The notes under the pieces were generated by a model that ran no database searches, was not told where the DNA came from, and was given only the letters and a program-made list of their open reading frames with translations. Made by a program: the position numbers and the translations under genes. From a bacterium (GTDB lineage Bacteria; Patescibacteriota; Minisyncoccia; Phycocordibacterales; UBA9973), in assembly GCA_037143195.1 (NCBI GenBank), contig JBAWZD010000002.1:207157-271156 (forward strand): DNA of 64,000 nucleotides, given 5' to 3'. The stretch's first letter is position 1. The number at the start of each line of letters is the position of its first letter. Below, piece by piece: positions 52,693 to 61,395 of the stretch.

Positions 52693-54474
52693 ATGATGAA
52701 AAAACAGAATCTTATTGGCGCGGGAGTCATTGTGCTCGTGAGTATCGGGAGTTTTTTCTTTTGGAAGTATTGGGATAAGCATGAAGCACTTTTGGCAAAT
52801 CGCGAAGGGGTGACAGACGATTCTGTGCAGAATATACAATTCCCACTACCAACACCACAAATACAATCACCAGATTTGCCATCGGTAATGATGCAAAATG
52901 ACCCTGAAGCCAAACCTTTGTATCTTTCAGTTGTGTGGAGTACTCCAGTAGAAATTTCACAACCTGATATCATCAAGAAAGATCATTTTCTCGCGCAAGA
53001 TGATACCTATTTTTTTGCCGAGGTAGCGAAAAAAACTCATTTTTACAAACTTGGCACGGTAACAGGAGATACCTATGATGGCGCGACTGTTTTGCTCGTC
53101 AAGACCGTTTCAGAGGGTCCCGGAGGAGACAATTATCAGAAAATGCTGCAAACCAAAGATGGCTACGTCGTGTTTGGTGGCTCAGGATTGCAGTACTATT
53201 TTGACGCATCAAAAATCAAGATTGATGTCGGACACACGTTCGCAACGAAAGATACAGAAGTACCACGAACAATTCAAGACAAGCAGACAGGAAAGACATT
53301 TCTGCTTCCATATACTGCTGAGCAACAAGGCCCATTCAAGGGTGCTTTTGGTCAGCAAGACAAAATATTTTTTGATCCAAAAGGACTCACACTCGCATTC
53401 ACTGACCCTGTCGTCGGACCAGTGTATTTTGCTTCAAAAAATCAAAGTTCGATTCCACAGGAATATTCCAATCATGGTTTTTATGTTGGTCTTCCTGATG
53501 GGAGTTTTGTGACATATGGTGAACAATTTTTTGGAAATAAAGAACTCTTTTCTTTCGACACTTTTACTCCTCCTATTACATGGAATGGTGGAATAAAAAA
53601 TACGGCGAAATATGTTCCGTCACAACAAACAGGATGTGGTACTCAGTATTTGGTTGATGTCGTAAACGATGAGGCGGGTATTAATGATTTGGTTTTTGCG
53701 GGGAAGGCCGACACCGGCGAGAAAATCTTCTTACTCAAGGACGAGAATGCGAAATCGCTTAAACAATTTTTTGAGGAAGTGAACAATGCTACGAATGGTC
53801 GCTATGCTATTTATTCTCCGATGAGTTACCGTCAGTTTATTGATGCGCGACCGTTCTTGTTTATGATTGATCCATACGGACGCATCGTTCGTTTTTTTAG
53901 TGACGATGTATTTCAGCCAACTGGTGGTTGTGGCAAACCCGTGATTTATCTTTATCCACAAAATGCGGAAACTGTTTCGGTCAAAATCGCACCTCAGGGC
54001 GGATTCACCAAGACAGAACCAGCGTACGGCACAGGTTGGACGGTATTCGCCAAACCGAATGGTGAACTCAAGAATCTTTCGGATGGAAAATCGTATCCGT
54101 ATCTCTTCTGGGAAGGACACGGAGGTCTCTATCAAACTCCAGACAAAGGTTTCGTTGTTGCCCAAAACGATGTGCACACATTTCTCGTCTCGAAACTCAC
54201 TGAACTCGGCTTGAATACAAAAGAAACGGCAGACTTTATCGAATTTTGGGAGCCTCGCATGACTGGTTCTCCATACTATTTTGTTACGTTCCTCGGAAAT
54301 CAAACCATGGATCAAATTGCACCGCTCTCAATCAGTCCAAAACCAGACACCGTCATTCGTATTTTGATGGACTTCACTCCATTGACTACACCGAAACATT
54401 TCGATCCGATTACGATACACACGCCGATACGAAAAGGATTTACTGTTGTTGAGTGGGGAGGGGTTTTGCGATAA
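52693..54474 (+). CDS. membrane-anchored hypothetical protein with conserved KPVIYLYP/YLFWEG/EWGG C-terminal domain
   Basis: N-terminal TM; motifs as named; likely ATG 52693. Confidence 0.8.
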   Translation: MMKKQNLIGAGVIVLVSIGSFFFWKYWDKHEALLANREGVTDDSVQNIQFPLPTPQIQSPDLPSVMMQNDPEAKPLYLSVVWSTPVEISQPDIIKKDHFLAQDDTYFFAEVAKKTHFYKLGTVTGDTYDGATVLLVKTVSEGPGGDNYQKMLQTKDGYVVFGGSGLQYYFDASKIKIDVGHTFATKDTEVPRTIQDKQTGKTFLLPYTAEQQGPFKGAFGQQDKIFFDPKGLTLAFTDPVVGPVYFASKNQSSIPQEYSNHGFYVGLPDGSFVTYGEQFFGNKELFSFDTFTPPITWNGGIKNTAKYVPSQQTGCGTQYLVDVVNDEAGINDLVFAGKADTGEKIFLLKDENAKSLKQFFEEVNNATNGRYAIYSPMSYRQFIDARPFLFMIDPYGRIVRFFSDDVFQPTGGCGKPVIYLYPQNAETVSVKIAPQGGFTKTEPAYGTGWTVFAKPNGELKNLSDGKSYPYLFWEGHGGLYQTPDKGFVVAQNDVHTFLVSKLTELGLNTKETADFIEFWEPRMTGSPYYFVTFLGNQTMDQIAPLSISPKPDTVIRILMDFTPLTTPKHFDPITIHTPIRKGFTVVEWGGVLR

Positions 54475-54496
54475 ATATTTGTGGTAGAATTGGCGC

Positions 54497-55321
54497 GTGA
54501 AAAAATCGGAAATCCAGAAATTCCAAAAACTCATACTCGATTGGTACGCTCGCGAAGGTCGGCATGATTTGCCATGGAGGAAGACAACGAATCCGTATCG
54601 AATCCTTGTATCTGAGGTCATGCTCCAGCAGACGCAGGTTGAGCGGGTCGTGCCCAAATATCGGGCTTTTTTGAAACGATTCCCGAATATTGTGTCGCTC
54701 GCGAGGGCCCCACTTGCGGACGTTCTAGCCCTTTGGAGCGGGCTTGGCTACAATCGCCGTGCTCTCTATCTCAAACGCGCTGGAGAGGCGATTATAGCCC
54801 TTCATAAGGGGGTCTTTCCGAAGGACGCCGAGACGCTTGAGACTCTCCCGGGGATTGGTCCCTATACGGCCCGTGCCGTTGCAACCTTTTCGCACGATGC
54901 TTCGTATATATTCATTGAGACCAATATTCGTCGGGTCTTTATTCATACCTTTTTCGAAGACAAAAAGAACATACCAGACAGCGAACTTATTCCATGCATC
55001 CGAGCGACCCTTCCCAAGGGTACATCTCCGCGCGAATGGTATTGGGCGCTCATGGATTATGGAAGTCATTTAAAAAAGACCGTCCCGAATCCAAACAAGC
55101 GCAGTGCCCATTACCTCAAGCAGAGCACGTTTCGCGGATCAGTCCGCGAACTCCGTGGCGAGTTTGTTAGAATCTGCACTCAAAAGGCAGTTTCAAAACG
55201 AACCTTACTTGCGCCATATATGAAAACGGATGAAGCGCGTGCCCGAAAGGCGCTTGATGGATTGGTGAGCGACGGTATTCTTGACGTTGATACTCGGGGG
55301 TATGTTAAAATTGCGAAATGA
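54497..55321 (+). CDS. mutY: A/G-specific adenine glycosylase, HhH-GPD, lacking Fe-S motif
   Basis: LPWR, VSEVMLQQT, WSGLGYNRRA, LPGIGPYTA, ETNIRR. Confidence 0.85.
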   Translation: MKKSEIQKFQKLILDWYAREGRHDLPWRKTTNPYRILVSEVMLQQTQVERVVPKYRAFLKRFPNIVSLARAPLADVLALWSGLGYNRRALYLKRAGEAIIALHKGVFPKDAETLETLPGIGPYTARAVATFSHDASYIFIETNIRRVFIHTFFEDKKNIPDSELIPCIRATLPKGTSPREWYWALMDYGSHLKKTVPNPNKRSAHYLKQSTFRGSVRELRGEFVRICTQKAVSKRTLLAPYMKTDEARARKALDGLVSDGILDVDTRGYVKIAK

Positions 55322-55349
55322 TTATTAAGTTTTAATACAATAAGTAGTT

Positions 55350-56660
55350 ATGGATATCCATTCGTTTAAACAGTTGTGTGAGCGTCCTATCGTCAAGACT
55401 ATTCTTGCGAGTGCCTTGACCGTTATTGTTATTCTTTTGATAACTTCTGCTGTTATTTGGCGCGAGCGTGGACGCATTTTTACGTACTTCGCGCGTGGCT
55501 ATGCGCAGTCAGTTGCATCGGCTGAACACAAAAATGATCCAAAGACAGGACTTCCTGAATTACAGCCAGAATTACCGGCCGTATTTTCTACAGAGTCCAC
55601 TGTCGAAAACGCTGTTCAATCTGCTAACCCAGCTGTCGTCGCTATTACGATTTCAAAGCAAGTGCCACAATACACGACGTCATATCAAAACGTCGATCCA
55701 TTCCAGCAATTTTTCGGTGGTGATGGCAGTAACCCATTCGGCAATTTCCAATTTCAAGTTCCAACTCAAACTCCAAACGGAACGAAAGAGCAAGAAGTCG
55801 GAGCCGGATCAGGTTTCATTGTTTCTTCCGATGGCTTGATCGTGACCAATCGACATGTCGTTGAAGACAAGACGGCGAAATACACAGTCTTCCTTTCAAA
55901 CGGCAAGAAGTACGATGCAAAAGTCCTTGCACGTGACGCTATCCTTGACGTTGCAGTGGTAAAGATCGAAGCGAGTGGTTTGCCATATCTTCCACTCGGC
56001 AATTCTGATGCACTCAAGCTCGGTCAAAGTGTGATTGCGATTGGGAATGCGCTTGGTCAATTCCAAAATACAATTTCAGTTGGAGTTGTGTCGGGACTAT
56101 CTCGCTCAATTACCGCAGGTGATCAGTCTGGTTCGTCTGAATCGCTCGACCATGTTATCCAAACTGATGCCGCGATTAACCCAGGCAACTCAGGCGGACC
56201 ACTCCTCGATCTCGAAGGTCATGTAATTGGTGTTGATACTGCAATCGTTCAAGGTTCACAAAATATTGGCTTCGCACTTCCAATCAACAGTATCAAAACA
56301 GTGATTGATTCGGTTCGCACGACAGGCAAAATCGTTCGTCCATATCTCGGCATTCGTTACCAAGTCATTACACCCGAGATGAAAGACAAGAATAATCTCA
56401 CGGTTGATTCCGGAGTCATTGTTCAAAAAGGGTCAGACAAGAGCGAGCTTGCTGTTATCCCAGGATCACCTGCAGACAAAGCTGGTATTGTCGAGAACGA
56501 TATCATCACTGAAGTCGACGGTACGAAGCTCGATAGCGATCATGATTTGGCTCAAATGATTCGTGCGAAAAAAGTCGGGGACAGTGTTGTGCTCACCGTG
56601 CTCGGAAAAGGCACACAGAAAAAAGTCACGGTCGTTCTTCAGGCCGCTCCGCAGGAATAA
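55350..56660 (+). CDS. htrA: HtrA/DegP serine protease with PDZ domain
   Basis: TM anchor; TNRHV, QTDAAINPGNSGGPL; one PDZ. Confidence 0.94.
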   Translation: MDIHSFKQLCERPIVKTILASALTVIVILLITSAVIWRERGRIFTYFARGYAQSVASAEHKNDPKTGLPELQPELPAVFSTESTVENAVQSANPAVVAITISKQVPQYTTSYQNVDPFQQFFGGDGSNPFGNFQFQVPTQTPNGTKEQEVGAGSGFIVSSDGLIVTNRHVVEDKTAKYTVFLSNGKKYDAKVLARDAILDVAVVKIEASGLPYLPLGNSDALKLGQSVIAIGNALGQFQNTISVGVVSGLSRSITAGDQSGSSESLDHVIQTDAAINPGNSGGPLLDLEGHVIGVDTAIVQGSQNIGFALPINSIKTVIDSVRTTGKIVRPYLGIRYQVITPEMKDKNNLTVDSGVIVQKGSDKSELAVIPGSPADKAGIVENDIITEVDGTKLDSDHDLAQMIRAKKVGDSVVLTVLGKGTQKKVTVVLQAAPQE

Positions 56661-56673
56661 AAAGTGCGTAAAA

Positions 56674-56713
56674 AAAATAAGCATCACTCGGTTATCTGAG
56701 CGATGCTTATTTT
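56674..56713. terminator. bidirectional terminator
   Basis: 12-bp IR AAAATAAGCATC/GATGCTTATTTT. Confidence 0.7.
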
Positions 56714-56718
56714 ATTGT

Positions 56719-57029
56719 TCATGCAAGTTGAGCTAAATTTGTTGTCAAATGATTTTCAATTAGGACGAGGTCCTCACTGCTGAATGATTGTACCTCAAGT
56801 ACCATATCTGTGACATAAAAAGTAATCGTCACTTTTGTTTCTGTTGTGACTTCTGTGGCATTGTTTTGAATCAGATATGCAATGCTTCCTGCTGTAGGAT
56901 TTTTTACTTTTTTAATCTTAAAGCAATACTCATCATTGTTTTCGAGTTCTTGAAAAGCCTGATGTATCTCTTTTTCTAGCCTGTTTTTTTGCTTGGTAAG
57001 CCAAACCGAATTGTTGAGTTGTGAGACAT
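56719..57029 (-). pseudogene. frameshifted orphan gene (103 aa if repaired)
   Basis: ATG 57029 reads MSHNSTIRFGLPSKK then stops; one extra A in the A7 run (56984-56990) opens the frame to TGA at 56719. Confidence 0.5.
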
Positions 57030-57119
57030 GAAAGTAATTTTTGGTTTGTTTTCACATTACTGATTGAAGTCATTTTTGTCAAATTTCGGCTCATGACGTC
57101 ACTTGGGTATACTATCCTT

Positions 57120-57761
57120 ATGCATATCAAAAAAATTGGCCATTGTTGTCTTGTTATAAACACCGGCTCCGTCACTATCATGACTGATCCAGGTGGCTTT
57201 AGTACGGCGCAGAACGACGTGCGGGGTATCGATATCGTACTCGTTACCCATGAGCATCACGATCATTTTCACATTGATTCAGTGAAGCAAATCATTGCGA
57301 ATAATCCGAACGTAAAAATCATCACCAATGCTACTGTTGGCGCTCTTTTGACCGCAGAGAATATTCCATTTGAATGTGTCGCACAAGGAGGAGAAAACAA
57401 AGCTCACGGGGCTCATATCGAAGGCTACGGATGTACGCACGCGACGATATATCAAGACATGGGTCAGACAGAGAATACTGGATACTTTATCGATGGCAAA
57501 CTTTTCTATCCAGGAGATGCATTTACGAATCCAAATCGTCCTATTGATATTCTCGCGCTTCCATCAGCTGGTCCGTGGATGAAGGTAAGTGATGCAATTA
57601 CCTATGCATGTATGCTTAAACCACGTGTGGCCTTTCCGGTACACGATGCGATCATGAGTCAGCACTTCGTTGGATTCTTACATGGAATGCTTGAGAAAAT
57701 ACTCAGTCAAAATTCGGTGACCTTTATCGGATTGAAAGAGGGAGAAGAAAAAGATTTTTAG
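57120..57761 (+). CDS. MBL-fold metallo-hydrolase
   Basis: GHCC, TDPG, THEHHDH, YPGD, PVHD. Confidence 0.9.
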   Translation: MHIKKIGHCCLVINTGSVTIMTDPGGFSTAQNDVRGIDIVLVTHEHHDHFHIDSVKQIIANNPNVKIITNATVGALLTAENIPFECVAQGGENKAHGAHIEGYGCTHATIYQDMGQTENTGYFIDGKLFYPGDAFTNPNRPIDILALPSAGPWMKVSDAITYACMLKPRVAFPVHDAIMSQHFVGFLHGMLEKILSQNSVTFIGLKEGEEKDF

Positions 57762-58945
57762 TCTCGGTGTGAAGGTACCCACCATGTCTCGTTTTTTTCG
57801 AGATAGAATGATACAACGAAACCAATCATGAGGATGATGCCGAGGACGGCGAAAATCATTTGAAAGGGAAGGACGGCGAGCGCAAGCGCTCCAAGGAGTG
57901 GTGCGAGGACATACGAGAGTGGTCGCACATCTGCGAAGAGGGCGATAACACCAGGGTCGTCTTCTTTTGCGACTTTGAAGAAATGAATCTCTGTCATTGC
58001 TTCGACTGTTGCTGCTCCGATACGTGAGATGAAAAGGAGTGCTCCAACAGTCAGTGCTGTAGGTGTATTGAGGAGTGCGAGTGAAAAGACGCTTCCTGCC
58101 ATGAGCAAGAATCCAAGAGCGGAGAGTTCTTTTTCACTGCCAAGCCAATCAGCAATCTTGCCGAGTGGGTAGTCGAGTATCACAAAGGTTGCGAGCATGA
58201 CGGAGAAAATTATTCCGATCGTATCCCATGAGAATCCGAGATATTTCGAGAGATAGATTGGCGTATAGACGACCATCCATGCGTAAAAGAATTGCAGAAT
58301 GAAGTTTGCCGAAATTACATTGCGGAGTGTACGCGTGCGGAGCGTGTGACGAAAGGCACTTTCGAATTTTCCAAAGTCATAGGTCGTATCTTTGTACTCA
58401 CCGAGACCGATATATGTCGCGATTGCGAGCACTGCAAAAATAGCGAGACCAAGTACATATGTTCCCGCGTATCCACCGAGGTCGATGACTTTGCCTGCGC
58501 AAAACGGCCCGAGCATGATACCGACGTTTCCAAGCAGAAGGAAGAAGCCACGTGCAAGACCGCGCCCTTTTTTGGGTTCAAGATGATGAAAGAAAATATT
58601 GAGTGAGAACAAAAGCATGTTCATCGTGACGAGATACACGATGAGTGCAACGACATGCAAAATAGTGTTTACTGGTGCTGACAATACGAGAAGAGAGAGT
58701 GCGTAGCATGTTCCGCTCGCAAAGAAGTACATTTTGTTTCCGTATCGTTTGAGCGTTGGTCCTGCTTTCGTCAATATGAGAATACTTACGATTGCACTGA
58801 GCGCATACAGCAATCCAACCTTTTCAGGACCAATACTATTTTCAATATAACTTGAGTTTGTGTAGAGCGTTACTGCTCCGGCAAACGAAAAAAGAAAATT
58901 AATGAGATACACTACTCCGCGCATGCGGATCGTCTTTTTGTGCAT
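57758..58945 (-). CDS. MFS transporter
   Basis: 12 hydrophobic segments; GKIADWLG motif A-like loop. Confidence 0.88.
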   Translation of the reverse strand: MHKKTIRMRGVVYLINFLFSFAGAVTLYTNSSYIENSIGPEKVGLLYALSAIVSILILTKAGPTLKRYGNKMYFFASGTCYALSLLVLSAPVNTILHVVALIVYLVTMNMLLFSLNIFFHHLEPKKGRGLARGFFLLLGNVGIMLGPFCAGKVIDLGGYAGTYVLGLAIFAVLAIATYIGLGEYKDTTYDFGKFESAFRHTLRTRTLRNVISANFILQFFYAWMVVYTPIYLSKYLGFSWDTIGIIFSVMLATFVILDYPLGKIADWLGSEKELSALGFLLMAGSVFSLALLNTPTALTVGALLFISRIGAATVEAMTEIHFFKVAKEDDPGVIALFADVRPLSYVLAPLLGALALAVLPFQMIFAVLGIILMIGFVVSFYLEKNETWWVPSHRD

Positions 58946-58971
58946 GTGTATATTTTAGCAGAGTATATGTT

Positions 58972-59098
58972 ATTTGCCGAATTAAAAATACCCACTTTCA
59001 AAAGTACCGGCGTAAAATCCTGAAGGATTTTTGCCTCACTCTCTCGCCGTCGCGCTCCGAGAGTACTTTTGAAAGTGGGTATTTTTAATTCGGCAAAT
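58972..59098. repeat. Y-shaped long inverted-repeat element, copy B
   Basis: Perfect 36-bp IR (58972-59007 / 59063-59098) around a 55-nt core homologous to copy A; 3 nt past the rnj stop. Confidence 0.9.
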
Positions 59099-59101
59099 TG
59101 C

Positions 59102-61255
59102 CTACACTGCGAGAAGAACTGGAATCACGAGAGGACGCTTCGCTGTTTTTTGGAACAAGAATTTCGAGAGATTGTCTCCGAGTGTTCCACGGAGCATCTC
59201 GAAGTTTACTTGTTGCATGTCATGTGCGCCATCTTCGATGGAATGCTTCACGATTTGGCGTGCCTCATGCAAGAGTTCTTGTGATTCTTTGAGGTACACG
59301 AATCCGCGAGAGATAATATCAGGAGACTTCTTGAGTTTGCCTGTCTTCTGGTCGATTGTCGCAACGATAACGAACATACCGTCTTGAGCGAGCATTTGTC
59401 GGTCACGAATGACGACTTCCTGTTCATCTCCAACAGTAAATCCATCCACCATCATGAGTCCACTTGCTGCCTTTTCCTTGCGGAGAGTCATCTTTTGACC
59501 GTCAGCCGAGATTTCAATAATCGATCCGTTGTCTGGGACAACGATGTGTGATTCTGGAATACCAATCTCTATTCCCAGACGCTTGTGTGACTGAAGCATG
59601 TAGTGACTACCGTGGATTGGAATGAAGAATTTTTCATTCACTTTGCGGTGAAGCCACTTGATGTCTTCTTTGTTTCCGTGACCTGTCGCGTGGACGTAGT
59701 CTTCTCCACTCGTTCGGTAGGTGACGATGTTCACACCTTGGCGAGCGAGACCATCTTTCATTTTTGCGACCTGAACTTCGTTTCCAGGGACAATCGAAGC
59801 TGAAAGAATGATTGTGTCGTTCTTCTTGAGTGAGAATTTCTTGTGTGTCTTTTGTGCGGCACGATTGAGTGCGGCAAATTCTTCGCCTTGGGCACCAGTC
59901 ATGAGAATGATGATGCGATCAGGAGGGAAGTTGTCGATCTCTTCAATCGAGATGAGTGTGTCCTTCTTTGGTTTGAGCAATCCTGCTTCGATAGACACTT
60001 CCATGTTTGTTTTCATGGAGCGACCTTCGAGCACGACTTTCTTTCCGAGTTCTTCGGCGATCTCGATGATCTTGATGAGACGAGTGATGTGTGAGGCGAA
60101 GGCTGCGATGATGAGACGTCCGCCTTTGTTTGCACGGATGAGACGATCGAGACCTTGGTGCACGCGCACTTCAGGCAATGCGAATCCTTCATTCTCAACG
60201 TTGGTTGAGTCTGTCATGAGAAGCAAGGTCTTATTTTTGTCGAAGATAGAGTATTCCTTTTCTTCGTCATCAGAAACGATACCGTCGATCTGGTCGAGCT
60301 TGTAGTCTCCTGGGTTTACGATCCAGCCGTGTGGTGTTTCGAGAATGATACCCATCGAGTCTGGCACCGTGTGTGTCACACCGAAGAATTTCACGCGCAT
60401 TTTGCCGACAGTGATGACTTCGTCACGCTCAACAACAATCGCATTGAGTGGTGGAAGATGTGGGAATTCTGTCTGGCGCTTCTTCATGAGAAGCACTGTA
60501 AGGTTACGAGAATACACTGGTGGATTGCCGATACGTGAAAGTACGAGTGGAAGTCCTCCGATGTGGTCAAGGTGACCGTGGGTGATGAAGACCGCGCGGA
60601 TTTTGTCCTTGCGTTCTTCGAGGTACGTTGTGTTTGGAATAATGTAGTCGATACCAGGGGTACTGTCGCCAGCAAATTGCATTCCCGCATCAATGACGAT
60701 GATGTCATCTTTGGTTTCGATTGCAGTGAGGTTCTTTCCGACTTCTTCGACTCCTCCGAGTGGAATGATACGGTACACACCTTCTTCTGGCGGAGGAATT
60801 TGTGGGCCACGCTTTCGTGGAGCATTTTCTGTACTGCCAGCTTCGGGCATGCGTGGGTGACTTGGAGCCTTACCACGACGCTTGTGTTCTGGATATTGAT
60901 ACGATGGACGTGATGAATGACGCGCGCCACCTTGATGTGCAGGTTTTGCACCTGCGACAGGGGTATGTGCGCCCGCCACTGCTACGCCTGCTTCACGATT
61001 TGGATTGTGAGGCATACGCTGGGGATTGTTTGGATTGTGTGGACGATGATTTGGATTGTGTCCACCTGGTCCGCGATGATGATGTGGGCGACGTGGTCCG
61101 AGTGGGGGAAGCGATGCTCCTCCGACGCCTGCAGTAGCACGTTCGATTGCTCCGTCGATTCCAGAACCTCCACCGATGTTTGATCGGGGGATGTCGTTCT
61201 TGAGTGACTGGAGAATTGCGCCGAGTGGCGACTTTGGTTTTTGATTTCTAGGCAT
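59102..61255 (-). CDS. rnj: ribonuclease J with long low-complexity N-terminal extension
   Basis: PLGGVEEVGKN, THGHLDHIG, DSTN, HATGH, PIHG, IISRGF. Confidence 0.95.
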   Translation of the reverse strand: MPRNQKPKSPLGAILQSLKNDIPRSNIGGGSGIDGAIERATAGVGGASLPPLGPRRPHHHRGPGGHNPNHRPHNPNNPQRMPHNPNREAGVAVAGAHTPVAGAKPAHQGGARHSSRPSYQYPEHKRRGKAPSHPRMPEAGSTENAPRKRGPQIPPPEEGVYRIIPLGGVEEVGKNLTAIETKDDIIVIDAGMQFAGDSTPGIDYIIPNTTYLEERKDKIRAVFITHGHLDHIGGLPLVLSRIGNPPVYSRNLTVLLMKKRQTEFPHLPPLNAIVVERDEVITVGKMRVKFFGVTHTVPDSMGIILETPHGWIVNPGDYKLDQIDGIVSDDEEKEYSIFDKNKTLLLMTDSTNVENEGFALPEVRVHQGLDRLIRANKGGRLIIAAFASHITRLIKIIEIAEELGKKVVLEGRSMKTNMEVSIEAGLLKPKKDTLISIEEIDNFPPDRIIILMTGAQGEEFAALNRAAQKTHKKFSLKKNDTIILSASIVPGNEVQVAKMKDGLARQGVNIVTYRTSGEDYVHATGHGNKEDIKWLHRKVNEKFFIPIHGSHYMLQSHKRLGIEIGIPESHIVVPDNGSIIEISADGQKMTLRKEKAASGLMMVDGFTVGDEQEVVIRDRQMLAQDGMFVIVATIDQKTGKLKKSPDIISRGFVYLKESQELLHEARQIVKHSIEDGAHDMQQVNFEMLRGTLGDNLSKFLFQKTAKRPLVIPVLLAV

Positions 61256-61395
61256 GTGATTTATAATTTTTGATTACGTAATTGGTAGATTAGAAAATAC
61301 AACTCCTTCATTCGGACTTCTATGTTCTAGCGTACCAATTACTCAATCAATAGTGATTGCTAATTGATAACGTGTTGGTAATGATGCACCTGCTC

